Shown in pieces: positions 10,604 through 20,543 of a DNA stretch of 64,000 nt. Source of the DNA: a virus; the IMG/VR virus record IMGVR_UViG_3300027899_000008. One strand, 5' to 3'. Below the pieces are notes generated by a model, which searched no databases, was not told the DNA's origin, and saw only the letters and a list, made by a program, of their open reading frames with translations. A program made the translations under genes and the position numbers. Numbering within the stretch: the first letter of the stretch is position 1; every line of letters starts with the position of its first letter.

Positions 10604-11499
10604 AATGATTTTAATTTCTCCTTTATCCAATTTACAATATCAATCTGAGGATTCCAATTTAATATATTTTGTGATCGTGTTATATTTGCTAATGTAGTTT
10701 TTGCTTCGCCTATTCTATATGGAATAAAAACAATATTATTGGATATCAGTTTTGCTATATCTAAAATTTTATAATTCTTACCATTTCCAATATTAAAAAC
10801 TTGTGCATTTAAATTTTCTACAGAATTCATAGCACATATATTAGCATCAACTACATCATACACATGAATAAAATCTCTTTCGTTCATCCCATCTCCAACA
10901 ACCGTTAATGCTTGATTGGTTTTATGTTGATTTATAAAAATTCCAACTACTAGAGAATAAGGTCCAGAAACTGGACTTCTTTCTCCATACACATTGAAAT
11001 ATCTAAAAATACAAGCATCTAATCCATGCAATTTATTATAACACCTAATCATCTCTTCTCCAGCAAATTTAGTTGCTGAATATGGATTTAGACAATCAAT
11101 CTTTTCATCTTCATTAGTTGGTAATGAACAGGTCAATCCATAAACAGCAGATGTTCCAGAATAAATTACTCTTTTAATTTTATATTTTAAACTACATTGT
11201 AGTATATTAGTTGTTCCTATCACATTGACATTTACTGCATGTAATGGATTTTCGATTGCTGGTTGAATTCTAGATTCTGCCGCTAAATGAAAAACATAAT
11301 CAATATTATTAAAGATAGGTTCAATTTCTGCTAAATTACAAATATCAATATTGTGATAAATTGCATTTTTATTGTAATAAAAAATATCATTATTTGCACT
11401 TAGATTGTCTATAACTTGTACATGGTGACCCAGTGTTACTAGTTTGTCAACTAAATGACTTCCAATAAATCCACAACCACCAGTTACTATAATATTCAT
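10600..11499 (-). CDS. NAD-dependent nucleotide-sugar epimerase/dehydratase (extended SDR)
   Basis: TGGCGFIGSH, HLAA, YSATK, RYFNVYG, RDFIHV.D. Confidence 0.92.
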   Translation of the reverse strand: MNIIVTGGCGFIGSHLVDKLVTLGHHVQVIDNLSANNDIFYYNKNAIYHNIDICNLAEIEPIFNNIDYVFHLAAESRIQPAIENPLHAVNVNVIGTTNILQCSLKYKIKRVIYSGTSAVYGLTCSLPTNEDEKIDCLNPYSATKFAGEEMIRCYNKLHGLDACIFRYFNVYGERSPVSGPYSLVVGIFINQHKTNQALTVVGDGMNERDFIHVYDVVDANICAMNSVENLNAQVFNIGNGKNYKILDIAKLISNNIVFIPYRIGEAKTTLANITRSQNILNWNPQIDIVNWIKEKLKSL

Positions 11500-12488
11500 A
11501 GTTTATTTTCCAAAAAGTTACCAATCACCCTAGAACCAGTGTAGTCTATAGAATATGGTAATCTCCACATTCCTAAATTTTTCATAAATTTTTCTAACTT
11601 ATCGTGGTGTTGATTCACATATAGCATCAAAAAACCACCCCCACCAGCCCCTATAATCTTACCACCCAAAACATTATAGTTAGTTTTAACTTCTTCGTAA
11701 ATTTCATCTACAAAATTTAGACTAATTTTATTAGATAATTGTTTTTTTAGTTTCCAATAATCATCTAATAAAATTCCATACTCATCATAATTTTTATTTT
11801 GAAGTATATCTATTGTCTTGTAACCATATTCTTTAATTGTATTCAAAAGATATTCTGTGTTTCCAATCATTTTCTGCTGATATTGAAGAATATCAGATGC
11901 ATTTCTTTTTACATTTAAAGAATACACATGAACATTTCTAAGGAAATCACTCATATCGTTACAATTTATATTTAGATTTGTAGTTGTGACTTTTCCATCT
12001 TTAGCAATATTGAAAATCCTAACACCGCCATAAGAAGCAATATATTGATCTTGTTTTCCTACTGGTTCCTTTAATACATCAATCTCTATATGACATGCTT
12101 CATCTGCTACTACTTCTGATTCAATATTGATTCTTTTATATTCTCTAATTGATTTTAACAAACCAACTAAAAATGTACCAGAAGAACCAAGACCAGAATT
12201 GGCAGAAAGATCAGCGCAACTTGTTATTTCTATACCATTCTTAATATTATGAAATAACAATGCTTCTCTAGCACGACTATGTTTCAGCATATTTGCATTA
12301 GTCACACTTTCAATTTCAGAATATTTTAATTTACACAAATTATCAAAATAGTCTGGTTTAAGTGTAATATACATGTACTTATCAATAGCCATTGATATTA
12401 CTAAACCACCATTGAGTGAATAATATGATGGAATATCTGTTCCACCACCACCCAATGTAAATCTAAATGGTGTTCTTGTTATAATCAT
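11496..12488 (-). CDS. hddA: GHMP kinase, D-glycero-alpha-D-manno-heptose-7-phosphate kinase-like
   Basis: TP.R..LGGGGTD, GLGSSG, VGKQDQY...YGG, GGKIIGAGGGGF. Confidence 0.8.
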   Translation of the reverse strand: MIITRTPFRFTLGGGGTDIPSYYSLNGGLVISMAIDKYMYITLKPDYFDNLCKLKYSEIESVTNANMLKHSRAREALLFHNIKNGIEITSCADLSANSGLGSSGTFLVGLLKSIREYKRINIESEVVADEACHIEIDVLKEPVGKQDQYIASYGGVRIFNIAKDGKVTTTNLNINCNDMSDFLRNVHVYSLNVKRNASDILQYQQKMIGNTEYLLNTIKEYGYKTIDILQNKNYDEYGILLDDYWKLKKQLSNKISLNFVDEIYEEVKTNYNVLGGKIIGAGGGGFLMLYVNQHHDKLEKFMKNLGMWRLPYSIDYTGSRVIGNFLENKL

Positions 12489-13180
12489 ATAATGTAGTTT
12501 GATTTCTTGGCATCATTATAAAACATTTTAACAGTATCTAAAGAATAATCGTTTAAATTTTTACCATTTAGTGATAATTTATTGATTAAATCTGGAGTTA
12601 CTGTGATGATATGGCAACCTAGTTTATCTGCTTCATATATGTTAAAGACTTCTCTTGGACTTGCCCAAAGAATTTTAACATTAGAAGGTGATATCTTCAA
12701 TGCATATTTAACTATAGGTTTTGGATCTATACCCGTATCTGCAATTCTTCCAGCAAATATAGAAAGGATTACTTGAGTTGGTGAATCCAAATATGATTGT
12801 AACTCTTTAATTTGTTTTTTCGTAAAAACAGCAGTAATATTAACCTTTATACCCATATTCAATAATTTTTTAATTAGATGTTTTGTTGATTTTCCATCTG
12901 TATTTGTTACAGGTATCTTGACATAGATGTTAGTTCCATATGATGCTATTATTATTGCTTGTTTTTCCATCTCTTCAAGATCATCAGCAAACACTTCAAA
13001 AGAAATTGGCAAATCTTTTATTGTGCTTGTTATATCTTTCATAAATTCAATATAATTTACAACACCAGATTTGCGCATTAGTGTCGGATTTGTAGTAAAT
13101 CCAGAAACAAGTTTGTTGGATTCATATGCACTTATCATTTCAGTTTTATCTGATCCGTCCGAGTAAATTTCAATTTTCAT
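12485..13180 (-). CDS. tal: Short-type transaldolase (TalC/FSA family)
   Basis: GFTTNPTL, ISFEV, YVKIP (Schiff-base Lys), VN.TA.F, S.FAGRI.D, LWAS.R. Confidence 0.88.
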   Translation of the reverse strand: MKIEIYSDGSDKTEMISAYESNKLVSGFTTNPTLMRKSGVVNYIEFMKDITSTIKDLPISFEVFADDLEEMEKQAIIIASYGTNIYVKIPVTNTDGKSTKHLIKKLLNMGIKVNITAVFTKKQIKELQSYLDSPTQVILSIFAGRIADTGIDPKPIVKYALKISPSNVKILWASPREVFNIYEADKLGCHIITVTPDLINKLSLNGKNLNDYSLDTVKMFYNDAKKSNYII

Positions 13181-13746
13181 GTTTTATCCTTTAGATAAGT
13201 AACCACAAGATGCCAAATGATTCCTTGCCATTCTTCAGCGTGTGGTGTTATTGTATCATCATTCAGCACAGGAATCAATACACAAACATCAGATTTTTGC
13301 TTAGAATAACCACCATTTCTACTAACAATAGATAATACTTTGGCATTCACTTCTTTTGCCAAATCTATAGATTTTACTATGTTTTGTGATGTTTTTTCGC
13401 TTCCTCCACCCACAGAAAAAATTATAATAGCGTCATTTTTTGAAAGTTTAGATACCTTTAACCAATTAGAATAAGAAGTATCCCAACCATCATCATTTAC
13501 TCTTGCAGTTAATTCTGAAATATTATCAGATACAGAATAACTTTCTATATTCAGAATTTTTCTAAAATCATTGACGGCATGTGATGCATTTCCAGCACTA
13601 CCACCAACACCAATAAAAAACAATCTTCCATTGTTAGTTTTTACATTTTTAATTTCAGCGATAAACGATGCTATCTCCTTTAGAGACACTTTATCACATA
13701 TCATTTTTACATCATTTAAATATGATGCTATAAAAATTTCACTCAT
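13177..13746 (-). CDS. gmhA: SIS-domain phosphoheptose isomerase-like
   Basis: F.GVGGSAGNASH...D, TAR.ND.G, SVGG.S ... E..Q...H; SD AGAGGA. Confidence 0.8.
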   Translation of the reverse strand: MSEIFIASYLNDVKMICDKVSLKEIASFIAEIKNVKTNNGRLFFIGVGGSAGNASHAVNDFRKILNIESYSVSDNISELTARVNDDGWDTSYSNWLKVSKLSKNDAIIIFSVGGGSEKTSQNIVKSIDLAKEVNAKVLSIVSRNGGYSKQKSDVCVLIPVLNDDTITPHAEEWQGIIWHLVVTYLKDKT

Positions 13747-13751
13747 ATATT

Positions 13752-14447
13752 TCATTCCTCTATAATAAAACATGCTTGTGAATATGTCGATGGTTGATAA
13801 ACAATACAATTATAATTAAATTTAGTATCTAATAAGAATTCTGCAAATGCTTTGATTTCATGTTTTCTATAATCTGTATAATCATTTATTTCATCAAACA
13901 TAATCATAGTATTTGGAGTTATTCTCGATGAAAGTAAATCGAATACAGTTTTAGTCGAACTATAGATATCTGCATCTAAATGGATAAAATCAACTTCACC
14001 AGGATGTGTTTCTAAAAATGGAGCAATAGATGCATCAAAATAACCTTTAATTAATTTAATATTAGGATTCCATGGTTTTATATTAATAGTTGGAGATGGA
14101 TCATGATGTGTTCCCTGATGTGGTCCAAATATTGCACCCATAGGAATCTCGCCATTTAAATTGAAAGCATTCTTCAAATTATCAGAATCCCATTGTTCTG
14201 GTAATCCTTCAAAGCAATCAAATCCATAAAATTGTTCAGTTGGTTTTAATTCTGCAAAATGTTGCAAACTCCTTCCACGATATACACCAAATTCCATCCA
14301 CAACCCACCAGTTTTTCTGGTATGTTTCATACATTCAATTCGGTATGAAATACTAAAGTCGTAAGTTTGCTTGTGTTTTATCTTGCAGTCATGCAAAGAT
14401 ACCATAATTTCATTTATTTTGTTTTCTATAATTTGATTTGTATTCAT
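13752..14447 (-). CDS. TylF/MycF-like O-methyltransferase
   Basis: EFGVY.G.S, YGFD.FEGLPE.W, IKG.F, HLDADIYSST, FDE. Confidence 0.82.
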   Translation of the reverse strand: MNTNQIIENKINEIMVSLHDCKIKHKQTYDFSISYRIECMKHTRKTGGLWMEFGVYRGRSLQHFAELKPTEQFYGFDCFEGLPEQWDSDNLKNAFNLNGEIPMGAIFGPHQGTHHDPSPTINIKPWNPNIKLIKGYFDASIAPFLETHPGEVDFIHLDADIYSSTKTVFDLLSSRITPNTMIMFDEINDYTDYRKHEIKAFAEFLLDTKFNYNCIVYQPSTYSQACFIIEE

Positions 14448-15145
14448 ATTTTACACCTTTTTCTTAAATCACTGGATGACCAGTTATGATTCCTATCGTG
14501 ATAATAAATTTGTCTGCAATATTCTTCTCCAGTTATTGGATTTCCCTTGGCATCAGATCCAAGTATTCGAATATCTGGAGTTATACATGCAAGAAGAGCA
14601 CTTAACTCTTCTTCTGTTTTATATATAACAACTTCATCAACATACTTGTTACTTTCTAACTGAATTCTTCTCTCGTTTATAGATTGAATTGGTTTGTTTT
14701 TAAATTTTCTATCTATTGATGGATCTTCATGAAGAGCTGCTATTAGATAGTCGCATACAGATTTTGCATCTTTTAAATACAAACAATGGCCAGCATGTAG
14801 AAGATCAAAACTACTAGCGACAAATCCAACAATAATTATTTTGTTTTCGTGTCTCCATGTCTTTGTTGTGATTGCCTTATCATCGACAAAGACATCATAT
14901 GATGGTTTTCCCTTATCAATCAAATAATGGTATTTAACATTCCATTGTTTTAATTGTTTAACATTCAATTCATGATAATCTATACCAGAACTGGATCCTC
15001 TTGCTGTGAATATTGTAATTTCATGTCCTTGATGGTATAACAAATTTACTTCATCAATCATCTTGATATAAGGAATCGCTTCTTCATATTTACGAGATTT
15101 TGGAGTAAGGCAAAGAGTTTCATCTAAATCGAAACAATATTTCAT
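14444..15145 (-). CDS. HAD-like phosphatase fused to cytidylyltransferase-family (TagD/RfaE-II-like) nucleotidyltransferase
   Basis: N-terminal FDLDETL, FTARG, GKP..D.FVDDK; C-terminal FDLLHAGH, KP.Q...ER, SSS.LR.R. Confidence 0.82.
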   Translation of the reverse strand: MKYCFDLDETLCLTPKSRKYEEAIPYIKMIDEVNLLYHQGHEITIFTARGSSSGIDYHELNVKQLKQWNVKYHYLIDKGKPSYDVFVDDKAITTKTWRHENKIIIVGFVASSFDLLHAGHCLYLKDAKSVCDYLIAALHEDPSIDRKFKNKPIQSINERRIQLESNKYVDEVVIYKTEEELSALLACITPDIRILGSDAKGNPITGEEYCRQIYYHDRNHNWSSSDLRKRCKI

Positions 15146-15158
15146 GTATATACTTTCA

Positions 15159-16235
15159 TTATAGTATTTCTGAATATAAAGTCAACAACTTTGATTCTAT
15201 TGTTTTATAATAATAATTATTATTATACTTTTCTAAAGTCTTATTATGTTTTTCATAGTAATGATTCGAATCATCTCTCAATCGTTTCAATTCATCAATA
15301 TAATCACTTAAGGAATAGGCAATCAAACCACAATCAGATATCTGCTCAACATGACCCATATTTAAACCTGGATGACTAACAATAGGAATACCATGATACA
15401 TTGCTTCTATAATAGAAGCGGAGCAAACTTCTCCGTCAGATCTTCCATGTGTGTATACATCTATTCCATCTAAAAATTCATGAATAGTATCAACATTTGA
15501 ACTAAAATCTAAAAATACAATATTTTTCAATTTCAATTCAAGTGCTTGTTGGCGATGTATATCTGATCCACCCAACATAACAAAATAAGTATTATTTGTT
15601 TCTACATGGGAATATGCAAGTAGTGGAATGGGAGAAAAAATACCAGGATCATTTCTTTGATGCATCCCATAAACAAATGCATCATCTGGTATGTTAAATT
15701 TTTCCCTTAATTTTTTTGAATAAACATCTGGAACATACACAATACTAGGAATAATTATTATTTTTGAAGAATCTCCACCAGCAGCAATCCATTTATCTGC
15801 TTGCCACTTACAAAGCAATATTGATCTATCCACTATGCTTATATGATCCGACATATTTCCGTGAATGCTGTCTATTAATTTTGGTCCTATTATATCGGTG
15901 AATGGAAATTCTGGAAAACCAAATCTAGCAGTTTGCACAGCATCGTATTGTCTTGGATCAAATACATCCCATATATTAGAACCGATCCAGTTTTTCCTAT
16001 ACTCATCATATGCATCAACATGAATAGGAATGGTCCTAATACCATAAGATTCTACTACCTTTTTTCTTTCTTCTGAATTTTCTGGATGTTTCCAGTCTGT
16101 TCCTATCCTTGGAGCATTATTAGTATAGTAATAATCAACATCATATTTTGTCTTCAAAATACATGCCAACGTTTGGAGGTATTTTTCAGTTCCTCCAGAT
16201 CCAAGTCCCGCAAATTTAATACAAGCAATTTTCAT
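15159..16235 (-). CDS. GT4-like glycosyltransferase
   Basis: GLG.GGTEK N-motif; D.Y.HGR.DGE......EAM.HG.P.VS GT-B signature. Confidence 0.8.
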   Translation of the reverse strand: MKIACIKFAGLGSGGTEKYLQTLACILKTKYDVDYYYTNNAPRIGTDWKHPENSEERKKVVESYGIRTIPIHVDAYDEYRKNWIGSNIWDVFDPRQYDAVQTARFGFPEFPFTDIIGPKLIDSIHGNMSDHISIVDRSILLCKWQADKWIAAGGDSSKIIIIPSIVYVPDVYSKKLREKFNIPDDAFVYGMHQRNDPGIFSPIPLLAYSHVETNNTYFVMLGGSDIHRQQALELKLKNIVFLDFSSNVDTIHEFLDGIDVYTHGRSDGEVCSASIIEAMYHGIPIVSHPGLNMGHVEQISDCGLIAYSLSDYIDELKRLRDDSNHYYEKHNKTLEKYNNNYYYKTIESKLLTLYSEIL

Positions 16236-16866
16236 TTTTAAATAAATCATCATTATTACTAATTTTATCGTAGTAAATATAACCTTTAGACTTCATAAAC
16301 GAATGGATAATCTCTTGATATAATGGTCGAGATGAAGTTTCTATTAAAATATAATTTATATTGAATTCATTAAAATTAAAATTTTTAAGTGCTTCGAATT
16401 CATATCCTTCCAAATCTAAAGATAAAAAATCCACATGTATAATATTATTTTCTTTTAATATTGAATTTAAAGTTTTTGCTGAAACTGAAATTTGCTCTCT
16501 AGTTTTTATTTTTTGTATTATTTCGTTTTTAACTATTTCGTCATAGTAATCTAACTCAAGCAATGATGATGAACAAGCCATTAGACTTTCCCCACCACAA
16601 TCTTCGTTAAAATTCCCTGTCATGCAATTAATTGTTTCGTCGGGAGAAATTGCACAAGAATGAAAAATATTTAATGAACTTCTATGTTTTTTACAAAGTT
16701 CCATTTTTTTTATATTTGGTTCTATCAAAATACCTTTCCATCCTAGATTTTTTTCAAGATATAAAGTATTGGATTGCCTTATTCCATCATTAGCACCAGC
16801 TTCAATATAGAATCCGTTTTTAAAATTTAATTCAGAATGTATTAAATCAGGTAAGAGTTCACCCAT
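16216..16866 (-). CDS. FkbM-family methyltransferase
   Basis: YIEAGA.DG..QSNT..LE...GW.GILIEP, TL.SIL, DFLSLD.EGYE. Confidence 0.88.
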   Translation of the reverse strand: MGELLPDLIHSELNFKNGFYIEAGANDGIRQSNTLYLEKNLGWKGILIEPNIKKMELCKKHRSSLNIFHSCAISPDETINCMTGNFNEDCGGESLMACSSSLLELDYYDEIVKNEIIQKIKTREQISVSAKTLNSILKENNIIHVDFLSLDLEGYEFEALKNFNFNEFNINYILIETSSRPLYQEIIHSFMKSKGYIYYDKISNNDDLFKNENCLY

Positions 16867-17566
16867 TAGATTGCCTCAATGTACTTTTAAATTTTCCATG
16901 TTCAGATCCCTGCTTAACTAAAGAAGGTTCCCACCAATAAACTTTATGATTATGTTTAAAATGTTGGTGACCAAGTTCCCAATCTGAAATTAGATTAAAA
17001 GGAAACCATGTTGATGCTAAATCGACAATAGTTTTCTTTTTGAAAACAATCGAATCTGCACACCTCGATGCTGGATGTGATTTCAAATATGCAATTTGAT
17101 TTACATTGATATCTGATGGTTTTAAATTTGCACCACTCCCAAAATAAATAGCATCCCAATCGTTTGGGGTCTGCAAAAGATAGTCATAAAAACGAGTATC
17201 AAATTCATCACAAAGAATAACATCATCTTCAAAAAGTATAAACATTTCAGCATCAATTTTACTCAATTGCTGAAATACTTTTCCAAATTTTATAGTCAAT
17301 GATATTTCTGCGGGATTGCATTTTTTGGGATGATACCCTAATGCTGCTGTTCCCCAAAGACCTACCTTTTCTGACCATTCATTTGGATCTTCCATTCCAG
17401 ATATATAATGACACTTAACAAAGTGATCTGTTAATTCATTTGCATCATAATCTTCATAAAATGAATAATTAGAAAACCCAAATTTATTCAGCTGATCTAA
17501 CATATTTTGTTTGCGATCAGTAAGTCTTTTACAATGTAAAATAATGGTTTGAATATCAATACCCAT
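16859..17566 (-). CDS. GT25-like glycosyltransferase
   Basis: L..RK..M, EISL..K, ILFEDDV, P.DWD..Y.G, EP.LV.QGS. Confidence 0.72.
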   Translation of the reverse strand: MGIDIQTIILHCKRLTDRKQNMLDQLNKFGFSNYSFYEDYDANELTDHFVKCHYISGMEDPNEWSEKVGLWGTAALGYHPKKCNPAEISLTIKFGKVFQQLSKIDAEMFILFEDDVILCDEFDTRFYDYLLQTPNDWDAIYFGSGANLKPSDINVNQIAYLKSHPASRCADSIVFKKKTIVDLASTWFPFNLISDWELGHQHFKHNHKVYWWEPSLVKQGSEHGKFKSTLRQSNG

Positions 17567-18254
17567 AATCATCCTCTATTTGCAATTTTCCTGCATGTTC
17601 ACTTCTACAATCATACCTTCTATTTATAGAAGCAAGATCACCCCTCAAAACACACTCTGCTGTATCCTTGAAAAGTTCTACATTCTGCTTGAATCTTGTT
17701 TGAAACAAGTGATATATCTTATCATCAAAAATTGTACCAATTCCATAATATCCATATCCCGAGAGTCTCCATATTCCTCCAGCAGGAACGGATTGAAATG
17801 ATATAGGAAAGTTCATCTTCAATCGTAATTCGGCATCTACTGCTGCTCTTGTAAATTCTTGAGCAATATCAGATCGTATATTATTTACTGCACTTGGTTT
17901 TCCTATGCGTTCATAATATGGCTTACTAATCACTAAAAAAGAAGGAGCACAAAATAAATCATGTTTTGCTTTTATACAATTAGTAACCTGTGCGTTTCCA
18001 ACCATATACCCATTTGCACAATATTGTATTGCTTCATCTATTGCCTCTCGTTTAAGAGGTATGCAATCAGAATCCAGGAATACAAACACATCAGCATCTA
18101 TATTATTCATAACATGATCTATCCAAAGACCATGATTTATATTTTGCTGAGTGTAATTAACATCTAGATCAAAATGGGTCATTACCTTTTTGTGACATTC
18201 AATTACATTATGATCTGTATTATCCCAATATAAAGTGTTTACCGATACTTTCAC
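17556..18254 (-). CDS. Putative GT-A glycosyltransferase
   Basis: DxD motif FLDSDC.P; position within GT cluster. Confidence 0.55.
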   Translation of the reverse strand: MKVSVNTLYWDNTDHNVIECHKKVMTHFDLDVNYTQQNINHGLWIDHVMNNIDADVFVFLDSDCIPLKREAIDEAIQYCANGYMVGNAQVTNCIKAKHDLFCAPSFLVISKPYYERIGKPSAVNNIRSDIAQEFTRAAVDAELRLKMNFPISFQSVPAGGIWRLSGYGYYGIGTIFDDKIYHLFQTRFKQNVELFKDTAECVLRGDLASINRRYDCRSEHAGKLQIEDDYGY

Positions 18255-19093
18255 TTTACTCTCTTTATGATATTATTATAGACCCCATCAAGTGAGAAAT
18301 ATTCTTCATACACTTCCTTAAGTCGAGTTCTCATAGTTTCAACTTGTTCATCAGAAAATCCTGCCAAGACTTCGGGGATATATGGAATCTGATCTTCCTC
18401 AATCAATACTGAGAACTCTTCCCAATTCAACTCATCTTCCCATGGGAGATAATAATCATTTGTGATTATGACTGGAATTGTCTGCAACTGCATTGCTTCG
18501 TATAGTCTGAAACTATTCAACCCATATCCTCTCGGACACAACGCAAACTTGCTATTCGCTGTAACATTGACAAATGTCTCAAACTCAGAATTATTGATAT
18601 TTGGAAGAGACTCTCTCATATACATTGCAATATTCGTAGATGACTTACACGCTTCAAACATCTTCATACGGATGGGATGGGTGTTTGAACCAACAAACGA
18701 CGCTAGCAATTTCCTAGGCATGTTCTCTACCAATTGGATTGGCAACTTGGAACATACTAGAGGAATAGGTATGATGTTACTACCTTTCGCATTTCCACCT
18801 GCCGAAAAGCAAAGTGTATCTGGAGGAAGACCATGTGCTGGAGCATCGTCATGTTGACTGATTGTAAAATATTTTCCAGTGCTTGGAATAGTATTGAGAT
18901 ATGGTTGTAATTCACTGGTCTTATTATCACAATACAAAGTAGTCCAACTGACAGCAATGTAATCTCTACTTACCTCTGGATTTTCTTTAACAAATTTATT
19001 ATAGAAGTAATCCTCAAGATAATCACCTTGATGATAAGGTGGATAAACTGGATATTGGGGTGCTGGTCGGAATTGGTCTTCTGTATAAATCAT
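18251..19093 (-). CDS. Exostosin-family (GT47) glycosyltransferase
   Basis: ASFVGS.THP.R, SKFALCPRGYG..SFR.YEA.....IPV.I...Y.LPW...L.W. Confidence 0.85.
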   Translation of the reverse strand: MIYTEDQFRPAPQYPVYPPYHQGDYLEDYFYNKFVKENPEVSRDYIAVSWTTLYCDNKTSELQPYLNTIPSTGKYFTISQHDDAPAHGLPPDTLCFSAGGNAKGSNIIPIPLVCSKLPIQLVENMPRKLLASFVGSNTHPIRMKMFEACKSSTNIAMYMRESLPNINNSEFETFVNVTANSKFALCPRGYGLNSFRLYEAMQLQTIPVIITNDYYLPWEDELNWEEFSVLIEEDQIPYIPEVLAGFSDEQVETMRTRLKEVYEEYFSLDGVYNNIIKRVK

Positions 19094-19878
19094 AGTTTTG
19101 ATTCAATTTCATTAATAATGGAATATAATATTAAGTGTTCTGTGCTTATTGGTTCCAGCGTTTTATTAATAGGATTATATCTGATATGACCAAATGGTGC
19201 AGAATAAAATAAATAATCCGTAAGTTCAACTTTGTGGTTTATATCAGATTTAATAACAAACGCATGGGGAAACGGCAATCTATTATCAGGATTTAAATTT
19301 AATGAATTACTAGAACCTTCTCTCAAATCACTTTTATGATTATGATGAATTTTGATTGATTTGCATGGATTTTTCACCTTATATCCAGTGGTGATTAAAT
19401 CATAGGCAAATTTTCCGTCACATCCAATTTTGCCAAAAAAAGAATAATTAAAATTATTGATTATAGTTTTAAAATTTCCCTTATATAACCAACAATCCTG
19501 AGAAGTTCCAAATAAACATTTTGGATTGTGTAGTAGTCCATCATCTTCATATCTTGTTATTGTATAGATTTCATCATCTGCTATATCGTCTGCTAACTTT
19601 AATGTTTCATCGAATAAAATATCACTATTTGCTATAACATTGATGCTGTTAGAATCTGTGCGATTTTCTATAAATCGCAGAAAATCACTTAACATATCTA
19701 GATTTAATTCATATTTTACAATATCAGACTTAACAATGTTTGGCATATCATCACCAACAAATATATAAATTTCATCAAATAATTTTGATGTTATATTTGT
19801 ATTGATCGTAGTTATTATCTCATCATTTCTAACATCGTTTGGCGATTTCCAATATGAAATAAACAATTTATATTTCAT
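19090..19878 (-). CDS. Putative glycosyltransferase-like protein
   Basis: IANSDI.FD, SQD.W, G..GCD...A, NP...I...H.H.S pattern seen in phage GT clusters. Confidence 0.5.
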   Translation of the reverse strand: MKYKLFISYWKSPNDVRNDEIITTINTNITSKLFDEIYIFVGDDMPNIVKSDIVKYELNLDMLSDFLRFIENRTDSNSINVIANSDILFDETLKLADDIADDEIYTITRYEDDGLLHNPKCLFGTSQDCWLYKGNFKTIINNFNYSFFGKIGCDGKFAYDLITTGYKVKNPCKSIKIHHNHKSDLREGSSNSLNLNPDNRLPFPHAFVIKSDINHKVELTDYLFYSAPFGHIRYNPINKTLEPISTEHLILYSIINEIESKL

Positions 19879-20543
19879 ATAAACCACATTCCTTCTTCTT
19901 TGAATTTATTCATCTTAGTTTCAATTCCAACCATATGATTGTTATGAACCATAATTGCCTTGTCCTTTATTCCTTTGGTATAATACAGATGCCCATTTGG
20001 AAAATACTCTATAGGTAATAATGCCACAATGGTTGAGTATTCTGTCAGAGCAATTTGATTGATGAGAATTTGGTCATCTTCTGTTTCATTCAATCCACAC
20101 TGCTCAATCATCTTGGAGCACTCTTCAGTGTTGTTGAATACCATAAGACCAGAGCAAATCATACTACCTGGAACATCAGTCTGAAACAAAACATATTTAG
20201 AATTAGCATTAAAGAAATCGATTGGATTCTGACAAAACACGATATCAGTATCAACCCAACAAAGTCTCTTGTGATTTCTGTATGTCTCGGATATCAACTT
20301 CCACTTTGACTTCACAATCTGCCTAAAGTTACTACTCTTGTCAAAAGACCATTCCTGATATTCAGTATATTTCTGATTTTTATATAGAAATGCTGTTGGA
20401 TATTGCTTCATCTGTTCATACGCAGTAGCATCCAAACAAGCAATGATGAAGTTCTCTGAACCAATGCCCACATTCTCTGCGGACTTCAACATGTTCTTAC
20501 ATATCTCTACGCAACCACTATTCAGTTGTGTTAAAAATTTCAT
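19875..20543 (-). CDS. Nucleotide-diphospho-sugar transferase (GT77-like)
   Basis: K......., VDTDIVF..NP, CSG, DDQ..IN, LP...FPNG, VH.N...G...K. Confidence 0.8.
   Translation of the reverse strand: MKFLTQLNSGCVEICKNMLKSAENVGIGSENFIIACLDATAYEQMKQYPTAFLYKNQKYTEYQEWSFDKSSNFRQIVKSKWKLISETYRNHKRLCWVDTDIVFCQNPIDFFNANSKYVLFQTDVPGSMICSGLMVFNNTEECSKMIEQCGLNETEDDQILINQIALTEYSTIVALLPIEYFPNGHLYYTKGIKDKAIMVHNNHMVGIETKMNKFKEEGMWFI

Noticed and set aside
12485-13180. Transaldolase as evidence for a cyanophage
   Set aside because: It is embedded between gmhA and hddA-like genes, and no photosynthesis or other cyanophage marker genes are in the window.
13761-13790. Possible sigma70 promoter (TCGACA-N17-TATTAT) before gmhA
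   Set aside because: Lies inside a coding region in very AT-rich DNA with two mismatches; too weak to list.
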